Shown piece after piece: positions 11,117 to 23,999 of a stretch of 64,000 nt of DNA. Source of the DNA: Eledone cirrhosa (lineage: Eukaryota); the NCBI GenBank assembly GCA_964016885.1, contig OZ024760.1, positions 5,952,001 to 6,016,000 on the forward strand, in the 5' to 3' direction. Under the pieces are notes generated by a model. The model had not been told where the DNA came from. It did no database searches and saw nothing but the letters and a program-made list of their open reading frames with translations. The translations under genes were made by a program, and so were the position numbers. The number at the start of each line of letters is the position of its first letter. The stretch's first letter is position 1.

Positions 11117-12756
11117 TATATATATATGAACTGATAAGTTTACAAAAAAAAAAAAAGAAAAGAAATTCGGGCAAGTCAGAAATTTATTTGTTTTTATTAG
11201 TAAAATCTGCCAGAATTCTTATATAAACTATAAAATAGTGGACTAAGTCAGGTAAATATCTGTTTGAAAATGGACAGAGACACCACTAACAGTTATCGCA
11301 GCCGTCTGCCATACAGCAGATTTATGGTTAATAACTACAAGCTTTTCTCATTTTGGCGCCGCAACAAAAAGCGCCCAGTCCACAATGTAAAGTGGTCATT
11401 TGGGAGACATGACTAAAAGCACCCAGTCCACACTGTAAAGTCGTCATGGAGATACCACAACAAAAAGCACCCAACCCCCACTGGAAATGTGGTCATGTAG
11501 GTCTCATGACAAAAAGCACCCAGTACACATTGTAAATGTGGTCATGTAGGGGTCTCATGACAAAAAGCACCCAGTACACACTGTAAATGTGGTCATGTAA
11601 GTTTCATTACAAAAAGCACCCAGTACACAGTGTAAATGTGGTTGGCATTAGGAAGGTCATCCTGCTGTAGAAACCAAGCCAAAATCAGTTTTGTATGAAC
11701 AAGACATGGTCATCTGACCTAGCTTGTCTCACAATGAGACGTCAAGCCCATGCTAGTGTGGAAAAATGGACATTAAATGATGATGATGATGATTCAACAT
11801 GACAACTGTGTGTGACAAAGCTGACCCTTTGAATTACAGGTACAACTAAGGAAAAAATTATTTCATTTTTATTAATTTAAAGTCTGTCCCATGGCTCATC
11901 AAGCTAGTTGTTATCTAGGTTTCTTTGGTGTGAAGCAACTGAGTGTACAAGACTTCCGCCAGGACATGACGCCAGTCCATGGCAGGGTTAGATCCCAGTT
12001 AATGCTTATACACATTTTCAGCTGAGTGTACTAGAGCAACGTGAAATGAATTACTTTGCAACAGAAACCTGTATCAAATGTTGCTTAACTTATGTATTAA
12101 ACAGAATAAAGTAAATTGAGCTAGTGTTGAACATCCTGAACCACTAAAAATCTGTATCAAATATAGTTTAACTCATATTAAACTGAGTGAAGAAAATTGG
12201 GCCATTGTGTCAAATACAGTTTAACTCATGTATTAAATTGAGTTAGTGTTGAACATACTGAGCCATTAAAGACCTGTATCAAACACAGTTTAACTCATAT
12301 TTTAAACTGGGACATTGTGTAATGTCTTGAGCTATCAAAGACCGGTATCAAATGGAAATGAGGGCCAACGTCATGAATTCAGATAACCCAGGTAGGTGGT
12401 GATGTATCTGTAATTGAATGTTTTGATCAAGAAGACACAATGTGCCATCCAGTCTGAGGATTGGACCCACTACCTCATGATCATGAGACCAACACCCTAA
12501 CCACGATGCCATGTGCCTTGACTAGACATAGAAGAGAAAATAATGATAATGGTTTCTAATTTAGGCACAAGGATAGCAATTTATGGAAAGGGAAAGTCAA
12601 TTATATTGAACCCAAAACTCTTCACTGGTACTTTATGGAAGGGACATAGGCAGAGTTGGCTTTGGCAGGATTTGAACTAAGGACACAAAAAGTAATAACT
12701 CGATGCCGCAAGATATTTTGTCCAACACCCTGCCAATACTGCCAATACTGCCCTAG

Positions 12757-13148
12757 AGATGATTATGGGTTCTGATTTAGACACAAGGCCAGCAATTACC
12801 CAGTGCATTATAATAATGGGTTCTGATTTAGACACAAGGCCAGCAATTACCCAGTGCATTATAATAATGGGTTCTGATTTAGACACAAGGCCAGCAATTA
12901 CCCAGTGCATTATAATAATGGGTTCTGATTTAGACACAAGGCCAGCAATTACCCAGTGCATTATAATAATGGGTTCTGATTTAGACACAAGGCCAGCAAT
13001 TACCCAGTGCATTATAATAATGGGTTCTGATTTAGACACAAGGCCAGCAATTACCCAGTGCATTATAATAATGGGTTCTGATTTAGACACAAGGCCAGCA
13101 ATTACCCAGTGCATTATAATAATGGGTTCTGATTTAGACACAAGGCCA
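12757..13148. repeat. Perfect 51-bp minisatellite (~7.5 copies) amplified from a SINE family A tail
   Basis: Unit ATTATAATAATGGGTTCTGATTTAGACACAAGGCCAGCAATTACCCAGTGC, embedded in a head-to-tail SINE cluster (about 12550-13960). Confidence 0.9.
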
Positions 13149-14174
13149 TTAATTTGAAGGGCAGGGGAAAGTCGATTAAATCGACCCCAGTGTGTTACTG
13201 CTACTGTATATTATTGACCCCATAAGGATGAAAGGAAAAGCTAAACTCAGCAGGATTTGAACTCAGAACGTAAAGGGCTGTAACTCTATGCTATGAAGCA
13301 GGGCGTCCAACGCTCTACCGATTACAGCCAATCCACCGCCTAGAGAAAATAATAATAATAATAATTGTTTCTACATTTGGCACAAGACCAGAAATTTGAT
13401 GGGGAGGAATTCGATTAAATCAACCCCAGAGTATTACTGGTACTTTATTTTATCGATTCCCACTCAGAAGGATGAAAGGTAAAGTTAACTTTGGCAGGAT
13501 TTGAACTCAGAACATAAAGGGATGTAACTATATGCTGCAAAGCATGTTGTCCGACGCTCTACCTATTACTGCTAATCTACCACCCTTATAATAATAATAA
13601 TTGTTCCTACTATAGGCACAAGGCCAGTAATTTTGGGGAGAGGGGAAAGTCAATTAAATCGACCCCAGTGCATTACTGGTACTTTATTTTATCGACCCCG
13701 TAAGGATGAAAGGCAAAGTTAACCTTGGCGGGATTTGAACCCAGAATGTAAAGGGATGTAACTATATGCTGCAAAGCATGTTGTCCGATGCTCTACCGAT
13801 TACTGCCAATCCACCATTCTAATAATAATGATAATAATAATAATAATTGTTTCTACTTTTGGCACAAGGCCAGCAATTACCCCAGTGTATTACTGGTACT
13901 TTATTTTATCGACCCCGTAAGGATGAAAGGCAAAGTTGACCTCGGCGGGATTTGAACTCAAAATGGAAAGGACCGTATAATAATAATTAAGACAAGAAAC
14001 AGAAGAGCAAAAGAAAAAAATAATCATATCCAGAGTAAAACCCCTTCCCAAGTTTTTCTTCCCCCTTCTCACCCTGCCCCTTCATTAAAAAAAGAGATAG
14101 TTCCTTTATGTCTTTGGAATATTTAGTTATTTCGTTCTTTTCATTTTTTTTAATGTGTGTGTGTTCTTTTTTTT

Positions 14175-17145
14175 TCAAACAAACCTCCTCTTACGTTTAT
14201 TGGGAGCTCCCTCCGATCCAGGAGTTTGTCCCTGTCGAGTACGTTTCCGTTTGTTACTTTCAGTAGTGGTAGTTGATGAAGAGAGGCTGGAGGCCAGTGA
14301 AGTTGAAGAGGAAGAGGAGGAGGAGTAACAAGTGCTACCAGAGTTGCTTGTATTCGATAAAGAACTGGAAATGTCTTTAAGCTGAATTTTCTGCAAACCT
14401 GTTCGGAAGAGAGAGAGAGAAAATAAAAGATAAGAAAACTGAAGAATATAAGTCTTAACAACCACAGTAGTCTCCAACCTTTTTTATAGCATGGACCGGC
14501 TTCATGCCGGACAATCTTTGTGCGGACTGATAGTTGCACATGTGTGTTATTTAAGTGCATTTCGATAAAGAGAGCAATTATTAAAGGGAAGAAAAAGTGT
14601 ATTGGGTATAATGAATATTGAATATTTAAACAAATCATTTAAATTAAAGTCCAATATTCAATTTATCTATTATATAATTTTAAACAAGTTAATTATTTCT
14701 TTGCAGCCCAGTAGCAAATGATGGTTGGGGACCTCTGCTGTACCACATGAAACCACATTAACAAGACTTTCTTGAAAAATACAAAACAACACTTTGCATC
14801 ACATGAAAAGTTAAAGTTTTTGCCTTAGTTTACTGCAGATTTTCACAACAATCTGTCCAACAGTAAAGGTTACTATAAACATTTATAATAACAAACCACA
14901 TGAAACCATATTAGCAATACATTCTTGTAAAATACTAAACAGAATTATGACTGAAAAATTAAAGTCTTTATTTTAATGCTGCAAATTTTAACAATCATCT
15001 GTCTACTGGTTAAAACTCTATAAACATTTGAATTAACACATGTTTTTTTATATCTTCTGCAGAATCTTTACAGAGTAAGAGTTAAAGGCTATACTTTAGT
15101 TTACTGCAAAATCCACTAGTAAAGATCCTCTAAACATTTGAATTAACACATGTTTTTTTATATCTTCTGCAGAATCTTTACAGAGTAAGAGTTAAAGGCT
15201 ATACTTTAGCAAAATGACACAATCTATCCACTAGTAAAGATACTCTAAACATTTGAATTAACAAACCCATTTTTAGATATTTTCAGTTTAATCGTAAAAG
15301 GATGAGATAATATTGCAAATTTTCACAACAAACTGTTCACTAATAAAGAGATTGTATGTATGTACAGTCCTGTATCAGGGGGCTGTAGATACACCATATT
15401 AACATAGTGTTTCTAGGGTATTTTTAAAACCTGGTGGAGCCCATCTCTTCTCCTGGTCAGAATACAGCAGATTTCTTCCAAAGAAGGACAGCGAGTGAGA
15501 ATGGAAATGAGAAAGGTATATAGAGGAAGAATCGACCCCAGTACTAGACTGGTACTTTTTTTATCAACCATGAAAGGATGAAATGCAAATTTGACTTCAG
15601 CGGAATTTAAACTTAGAGAGCAGGAATGAATACTGCAAAGCATTCTATGTGACGTTCTAACGACTGAATTCGCCACTTTAGACCGATGGGTGAAGAAATG
15701 CCAGTGGAAAGCTGCAATAGAGGATGACCAAGACCTGGGCAGAGGTTGTGAGAGTGGACCTCAAATCGCTAAGACTAACAGAGAAGATGAGGAAGGAACA
15801 CGACGAGTGGAGAGAAACTGTGCTGAGAAGGACCCGTCCAACCCATGCAAACATGGAAAAGCAGACATAAAAAAACGATAATGATGATGAAATCAGTTTT
15901 TAGATATTTCCTGCTAAATTATAAGTGTATGTTAAATGTCATACCTTTATCTTCGGTCTTTATGTCAGCTGAGCTTAATAATTTACTCGTTTCATTTGCG
16001 CTACTCTCATCCAGAGAGTTAAAAGCATCGGGTTTGTAACGAGGAAATTCTCCAGACAGAAGGCTGCCGTATTCACTGCCGTTCAATTCAAAATCACAGA
16101 TACGATTAGGGAAAGGAAATATTTCGGACTCGTTCTGAAAAAAAAAAATGAAAATATGGTTTTTGAGTATACAAGCAACATGTAATCACCTAACTGATCA
16201 ATCTAACCTCAGAAGGTGACAGCCCAGCTATTTTCTATGATTGCATGGAAAATAGATGTTAAACAGTGATGATGAGATGGAGCATATATATATATATAAT
16301 ATAAGATCAAAAGATGGTTAAAAGAGTTCCAAGTATTTTATTATGCGCATTTCAAAAACAAATATCATCATGAGATGATATCTGCGTTTTCATCAGATAA
16401 AATAGGGATACATGATATGAAGGTTAAAAAACACTTGTGAATAGTGAAGTTTTAAATCAACATTTGTTTTGAAATGCGCATAATAAAATACTTGGGACTC
16501 TTTTAACCATCTTTTGATCTTATATTATTTATACTCCAGTCCTACAAACTGTAGAGTGCTACTTATCCGATATCTGCATTGCTTTATTGTACTACAATAA
16601 AACTCACCTCCTACATATATATATATCATCATCATCATTTTACGTCCGCTTTTCCCTGCTTGCAAGGGTGGGACGGGAACAGACTCTGGCTTGATTTTTA
16701 CAGTTGGATGCCCTTCCTAACACCAACCTCATTTACAGTGAGTGCTGGGTGCTTTTTTGCCATGGCACCTCCACGACCACTTTGCAGTGGAATGATAGGG
16801 ACCTCAGTCCCTATCATCTCATTTCTACAGCTGAGTAAACTGGAGCAATGTGAAATAAAGTGTCTTGCTCAAGGAAACAACACATCACCCAGTCTGAGAA
16901 TTGAGCTCACAACCTTTCGATTGCAAGGCCAATGCTCTAACCACTAAGCCATGTGCCTCCATTATATAATATAATAAAGTCTTACCAAAGCCATGAGATC
17001 ATACATTTCTCCCAAATGTTTCCAAACATCACTAATAGGAATCTTCTTGCTTGAAGCATTGTTCAATTTTTCATGAATACAAATCATCTGGAAGAACCGA
17101 TTTACTCCTGAAATATCAAACATATATATTATTAGGAGTATATAT

Positions 17146-17178
<33 letters not shown>

Positions 17179-20100
17179 GTTTCTTTATTAGCCACAGGGG
17201 CACAAAAGAAGGAGACAAATACAAAGGGGGAAGTTTACATACAATAAAAACGTGTAAAATATTATCACAAATGCAATTTAAAAATTAGTCGATTTTCCCC
17301 AATAGGGGGAGACAGTACATATGGGTAACACATACCCCCGAAAAAATGTGCAACCCTCATCTCCAGGAGTACGAAGAGTTTGTACTCCTTTCCTCTCTTC
17401 CTCCTTTTCCTCAACCTACAGGCTGATATAGAGAGAAGGCCCATTCACTCAGGCCATTCTCGCCACTTTCACCCACCTTTCATAAAACTTGCTGGGGTAC
17501 AGCACCTCTCTCTCCATCCTGATTCTTCTTCCAAAGTGGTATTTGAAAAAAAGAATCAGTTGTTGGCCGGAGAGAAAGGTGTCTGACCTCAGCCCTTTTA
17601 ACCTTGTCCACCATACAACCTCTTTCGCCATAGCTATCACACAAAGGAAAACCGCCTCTCCTTCGTTTTTGAAGGAGGGTGGCAGTTTGATCATGACAAT
17701 GGACTCGGTGGTCAACTGGATTGATAGATAGATAGATAGATAGATAGATGAAGGATACAACAAACAGGGGTGCAAAAAGTCTTATTAGTTTTATGCTTTA
17801 TATTGGAAAGAGGAAAGAAAGTTCAATATATCGGGCTTAAGCCCTTCTTCGGGTGTACAAAATAGAGACAGGATCACAAAGGAGAAACAGAAAAAAAATC
17901 CTAGTCAGATGGCGGAACCCGAGTTGTGTCGGGAGGTAACCACAGTTAAACAAGGTACTCAATACATTAAGAGTATAGGCATCTTAATTATATATAAAAA
18001 GTTTTAAAAGGTACTCAATATGTGTGTGTGTGTAGTGTCAAGAGTTTCCGTAGACAAGATAAAAGAAAAAGACACCTCTATATTAAGTACACAGCTAAAG
18101 TAGATTATTATAAATAAATTCTTTCAGGCAGAAGCTTAACTAGGGTATGGCAAGCATGGCACATGTCATGGGTGCCACTACTTGGACTAGGAGCACTTTC
18201 AATTAAAGTCAAATAAGCCTCGTTGGAGAGTGAAAAAAGAAACTCCTTCAGATGAATGATCTGTTTCTCATTACCATGGGTGAGAACTCTATGGTGGCTG
18301 GATCATTAAACCATTTATATAAAATATTAGGCCTATAGGTAAAATTACAGTACTGGGCAGGGGTGCAATTCCACTGCTTGCCATAGGCACTATTTTCCTT
18401 AGTTGTGCCTCTGCTTTCAGGCAATATCATATGTAAACAATCTATTCTTAGAACCATTGAGTGATAGGATGTTTTGAATTTTAAAGTTAGTAGCTCCAGC
18501 AAGGGAGGTGACTATGAAAAACAGTGTAATAAGTTGAACATATAGGACAGTGGAGATGGAAAAAAAATGTATAGAACTAGGATGTGACAGTTAGAAGTAA
18601 AAGGGGCTGAATCAGCTCTAGTCTGGTACTTTCTTTATCGACCCCAAAAGGCAAAGCGGATCACGGCGGGATTTGAACTCAGAACAAAGAGACCTGGAAT
18701 AAATATCCAACCCTATAAGGACTCAGCCAAACTGACTGCCTAGTATCTTGTGTAAAAGAGGAAAGACCCCCTTCGGTCATGAATGATCAAGGGATTTGCA
18801 CATAGAAAGTTTCCCTCCGAGGCACAAGTCTGGGCAAGGTTGTTTTGTGGAAGACCAGCTGTCGCCCATGCATGCCAGTTTCCTCTCTATACGCAACTGA
18901 GGTAGTCCAAGGGAAAGGCAATGACCAATACAGCTTGGTACCAGTGGCGTCGCAACTCATTTCTACAGCTGAATGAACTGGAACATAATATAAAGTGCCT
19001 TGCTTAAGAACACAACACACAGCCCGGTCTGGGGGCCGAACCCACAACGTAACGATTGCAAGCACAACGCTCTAACCACTAAGCTCTGCGCCTTCACAAG
19101 CAACTGGTATACACCGGTGTAAATAAGGGGAATCGAGTTATGTCCCTTCCCAAATCAATTTTCTTTATATCGGTTTCCGATATATTTCACCATAATCGGA
19201 AATCTATATTATTTATATATTATATTTCATATTTCCCATAAATTGTTTCGTTAAATAAATATATTTTAAAACCCGTTCTTTTTTTTTAATATATAAAACT
19301 AGACTGGAATAGAAAACAACATTTTTGTTAAAGACGAAAGAATATAGAGAGCTATTAAGATGTTTTATTTAAAGGTAATTTGGAAAATATATGTATAAAT
19401 ACAAATACCAAAATTAGAATACCTCTTACAGAATGAAAATATAAATACAATTAATTATTGCTAGGAACTTTATAAATATGATGCACAAAAATATATGATA
19501 AAAGCGAGAGATAAAGTGCGATATTATCTTTTGCACTGGAAGCAGTTCGTTTGTCCACCTCTTTCGCCTTTTAATGTGGAATATTTATGTAATCAAATAT
19601 TGTATATATTGTTTGTGTGTATATTTTCATTCTGCAAGAGTTATAAACAATTTGTAACAGTATTTATACAATGTAAATAAAATTATATATGTAGTTCCTG
19701 AATATAATCCAGACTGAAAAAAAGAAAAAAAATTAAATACTTAACAAAAACTATCGGTGTTTGGTGATAGATCTGCTTCTAAACAAACAGATCGATGATC
19801 AAAGACGTTCCAATTGTGAACACACCATTTATTTGTATATTTGTATGTATACTTAGTAAAGGGTATGTTTTGTGGGAGAAGTGGCTGCTATTTTTAGCAT
19901 ATCCAAAGATTGCATCCATAACCCCTTTTGGTTTATTTTTTAAGACAGTAAAGGGTATGTTCTGAGGGAGAAGTGGCTGCTATTTTTAGTATGTCAAACG
20001 ATTGCATCCATAACCCCTCTTGGTTTATTTTTTAAGACAGTAAAGGGTATGTTCTGAGGGAGAAGTGGCTGCTATTTTTAGTATGTCAAACGATTGCATC

Positions 20101-20381
20101 CATAACCCCTCTTGGTTTATTTTTTAAGACAGTAAAGGGTATGTTCTGAGGGAGAAGTGGCTGCTATTTTTAGTATGTCAAACGATTGCAATAAATAATG
20201 TTGGAAGAAACATACATATATATATATATATACGATGCGTGTGTGTGTGTGTGTGTTTGTATATATATGATGTAAATTTGGCAAAACGTTTGTTTATATA
20301 AACTAGAAGAAAACGTACTCAATACTTTATATGTATTTAAACCTGTAAGAACAATAATTAATAACTATTAATTCCACATTT

Positions 20382-20433
<52 letters not shown>

Positions 20434-20884
20434 TAAGAACAGATTAAAGTTTAAGCAAAGAATCGCTGCTTTCACCCTTAACGGGATCTTCTGAAATTTA
20501 TATATATAGAATATATATAGAATACTGATAGCTTCTCGCTAAAACAATTTCTATACCTTTCATTTATATTATATATATATATATATATATATAATCCTTA
20601 TCGAGCCCTCTTCGGATTTTAGTCTTTACATTTATTATTACTATATATATTTATACTGTAGTAAAAGTTTGGTAGAAATATCCAAGGGTAAGAGCACTAT
20701 GTTCATAGGACGAGTTTAGTATAAATAATTTATGTTTCTTATGACAGGCTGAATGGGTTGGGGTCCAGAAACCAACGACATTGAAGTACCTGTTTATGTC
20801 ACTGTTGTAATTATATAATATATATATATATTCCTTCCATATACTGCACCGTTTGTTTTGTTATTTCTGTTTACCTTTTACATG

Positions 20885-20941
<57 letters not shown>

Positions 20942-21228
20942 ATGTAAAAGGTAAACAGAAATAACAAAACAAACGGTAGAGTATATGGAAGGAATATAAA
21001 CGGAGTCTAAAAAATATATGATGATTATGTTGGTGAGGGTCCAACACACGAAAGAAAAATTGCAGAAAACTCAATAACAATGGAGATTAAAATGTTGCCC
21101 AGTTTTAATGAGCGGACATTAAAGATTGACAAGACTGTCTTACCGACTGGTTTGTGTCCACGCATAGCATGGAATAAACTAACTTCCATGTCGACACTCC
21201 AGTTGAGCGGATCCACGTTCTCCGCCAT
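14175..21228 (-). CDS. MRGBP: MRG/MORF4L-binding protein (Eaf7 family, NuA4/TIP60 subunit), 4 exons, 206 aa
   Basis: Exons 21144-21228, 16986-17107, 15945-16134 and 14175-14398; all junctions GT-AG, phases 1/0/1, total 621 bp including stop. Protein ..[79 protein letters not shown]. Confidence 0.93.
16334..16404 (-). ncRNA. Type I hammerhead ribozyme motif (Penelope-like, palindromic stem III) in MRGBP intron 2
   Basis: Minus strand reads UAUUUUAU-CUGAUGA-[16-bp stem II with one mismatch, UCAU loop]-GAAA-UGCGC-AUA^AUAAAAUA. Core is complete, stem I is a perfect 8 bp, and the NUH triplet is AUA (predicted cut between 16342 and 16341). Confidence 0.8.
17180..17720 (-). mobile_element. L1/Tx1-like LINE 3' fragment
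   Basis: Translation ..IAMAKEVVWWTRLK..FFKYHFGRRIRMERE..FYERW resembles the Tx1 ORF2 C-terminus. It ends in AATAAAGAAAC followed by (AT)n and is bounded by (GATA)n. Confidence 0.55.
18760..19097 (-). mobile_element. tRNA-derived SINE, family C
   Basis: Head GTGAAGGCGCAGAGCTTAGTGGTTAGAGCG...GGGTTCGGCCCC. A second copy at about 49375-50495 is split by the Helitron. Confidence 0.7.
19855..20190. repeat. 92-bp tandem repeat (~3.5 copies)
   Basis: TAAGACAGTAAAGGGTATG recurs at 19941, 20033 and 20125. Confidence 0.85.
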
Positions 21229-21949
21229 GTTGTCTTGTGTTGTTGATTAGAATAATGAGAGAAGGAGGAGGAGAGATATAAAAAGAGAAAGGGGGGGACG
21301 GAGAAAAGGAGAAAGAAAGAGTCAGAAATATATATAGAGGAGAAGAGAAAGAGAAGGGGAAAGAGATAAATAGAGAGGAGAGAGAAAGAGAAAGGGAGAG
21401 AGACGGAGCGAGAGAAGGAGAAAGAAAACGGGAGATATATACAGAGATACCTACAGAGGGGGAAACGAAAGAGAGAGCAGAGATTTACAGAGAGGGAAAG
21501 GAGGTGAAGTGATAAAGAGAGAGTCAAAGACACACAGAGAATGAAAGAAGGGAAACAAGCTTAAGAGCGGGGTGGGGGGAGAAAGTGAGATATATAGAAA
21601 GACAGAAAGAAAGGAGGGGGTAACGAGAGAGAGGGGATACGAAAGACAGAGAGAGAGAGGATGCGAAAGACAGAGAGAGAGAAGGAAAGGAAGGGAAGTG
21701 AAAGAGAGAGAGGGGGTGGCACAGACACACAAGGAGGAAAGAAGGAGAAAAAAAAAAGAGGAGAGAGTCAAAGACACACAGACAAGAAAAGAAGAGAGAA
21801 AAGCGAGAGATCCGTAGTGGGAGAAAGTGAGAGAACAAGAGAGGAAGGTGAAGGGGAAATCGGCCAGCAACACACGTTGCATCAGCCACTTACACATCAG
21901 TGGAGCCCAATCCTTAAGCGGAATGCACTCCTCCCGATTTTTGCGGTTT

Positions 21950-22355
21950 CAAAACGTGGACGCTGACCAAGAGACTCACTCAGATGGTGGATGGGTGCTA
22001 CACGAGAATGCTGAGGATGACTCTGAACATTAATCAGTATGCACTGAGGATGAAGAACTCAAAGCTGTTACGGGAGCCTCCCCAAAGTCAGTTCGAAAGT
22101 CACACAGAGGAGACTGAGGTTAGCTGAACATGCTCACCGACATCCAGAGTTGACACTGCTCTTAGTGGTCCTGTGGAAACTCATACACAGATACACTGGT
22201 AGAGGGAGACCGAGGACAACATATGTTGATGTCCTAAAGACAGACACTGGTCTCTGGGAGACGTGGGACATAGCGGCAATGATGCAGGACAGAGGCCGCT
22301 GGAGAGAACTCGTCCATGGATCTTGGGAATTTTACCCGCCCTACATACATACATG
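21950..22355 (+). mobile_element. LINE reverse-transcriptase C-terminal fragment with (ACAT)n tail
   Basis: Frameshifted DGCYTRMLRM..LYGSLPKVS..RRLRLAEH..RHPE..GRGRPRTTYVDVL..DRGRWRELV. Confidence 0.75.
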
Positions 22356-22359
22356 CCAC

Positions 22360-23647
22360 CTGATCAGGATTTCCTTAGGATTTTTGAGCAATTCCTTGCT
22401 GTTTTGGGAGTGAAGTGGTGACATTTGTGGACTGGTTGGACCATACACCTCCCTGAGCAGATCATATAAGAGCTTTGTATCATGTCTATCTGAGGCATTC
22501 TGGATTTCATCAGCCTTCTTTCTCCACTATGTATCTTGCATGGCTCCCAAGTGATGTTGCACACGTGCCTTGAGTTGCTTGAATGTCTCGTCACTCTTGT
22601 CAGAACATGTCTCACACAACAATGATGACCGCACTTTTTGTTACTCTTCAAGCAAGGTCTGGATCTCTGTATCATTTTCACCGAACCAGTCCTTATTTTT
22701 TCTAATGGTATGACCTAAAACTCCAGCGCTGACATCATAGACGGTTTTGTTCAATGATTCCCATGTGTTTTCACATTCCATGGACTCAAGAGACTTCGAC
22801 AGCTCAGCTCTGACTTCTTCTGTCTTCAGACGAACCACATTTAGTTGTTTTAGAAATGCAACCTTCTTCCCCCTAACTTTGGGCTTCACAACAAATTGAA
22901 ACTTGGCGTGCACCAGATGATGGTCAGTCCAACATTCCACAATACACGAACCAATGTGATATCCCAGACATCACGTTTTCTCGCTAAAACAATGTTCGTA
23001 AGGTGCCACTTCTTGGAAGTTGTCTTATATTTGTCTTTCTGCTGAAAGAGTGTGTTCCCAACAAGATCCATTTCAGCACACATCTGCAACAGAAGTAGGC
23101 CATTGTTATTGCACTTTCCCATTCCATGTTTGCCCATCACACTCCAAGCTTCCCAGTCATTACCAGCACGTGTATTAAAATCTCTAAGGATGACAATCTT
23201 GTCTGCATAAGGTATAATATGAAAGACCTCTTTCAAAGGCACGTAGAAAGCTAGTTTTTCATCATCACTAGCGCACATGGTAGGAGCGTACACACTGACC
23301 AGAGCCACACAGCGGTTTTGAATCAGGGGGATTCTCATGGACATTATCCAATCATTGAATCCATAGGGAAGATTTTCCAGCTTTCAGACGATTCCATTCC
23401 TGACAGCAAATGCGACCCCTGCCTCTCTCTTACAACCCTCTGCTCTACCACTCTAATAGAAGGTATATCCTCCCTCCATGAATTGACCCTCACCTATTAA
23501 TCTTGTTTCTGAAAGTGCAACGATATCCATGTTATAGCGATTGAGTTCCCTCAACACCAAAGCAGATCTTCTTTCAGGGCGAGTTTCACTGTATTGGGAA
23601 TCAAGTAAAGTTCTTACATTCCAGCACTCAATATCAAAATTTGACAA
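22360..23647 (-). mobile_element. Decayed RTE-clade LINE 5' portion (APE endonuclease)
   Basis: Broken ORFs WNVRTLLD..RPERRSALVLRELNRYNMDIVALSETRL, SVYAPT, DFNTRAG, NGLLLLQMC, CWTDHHLV, KDWFGEND, with several frameshifts. Confidence 0.85.
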
Positions 23648-23999
23648 TTATGTATATTGGTTCCCTTTGAAGTAGAATTTATAAAAGTTACACAACTTGG
23701 CTGTGTATTTTAAGAATGTATGATTATGATTTCTTGAATGTGGCCTTATTATATTACAAGTAACTTAATGTGACCTTTCAGCTTGAAAAGTTTCCCCACC
23801 TCTGGTTTAGCAGAACAGGTCAGATCTAGAGGACTAAGCCTCGATAAAAATCCTGCTTGTTTCATAGCAAACATTAGTTCATGTGGCGACCATCACTTTA
23901 TGATCTCCAGTTAGTAGAGAAATCTATGAATATGCAATGTGGCAAGCCACGTATTCTAGCCATTAAAAAAGGCAATACCTTCGATGATGATCATCATCA

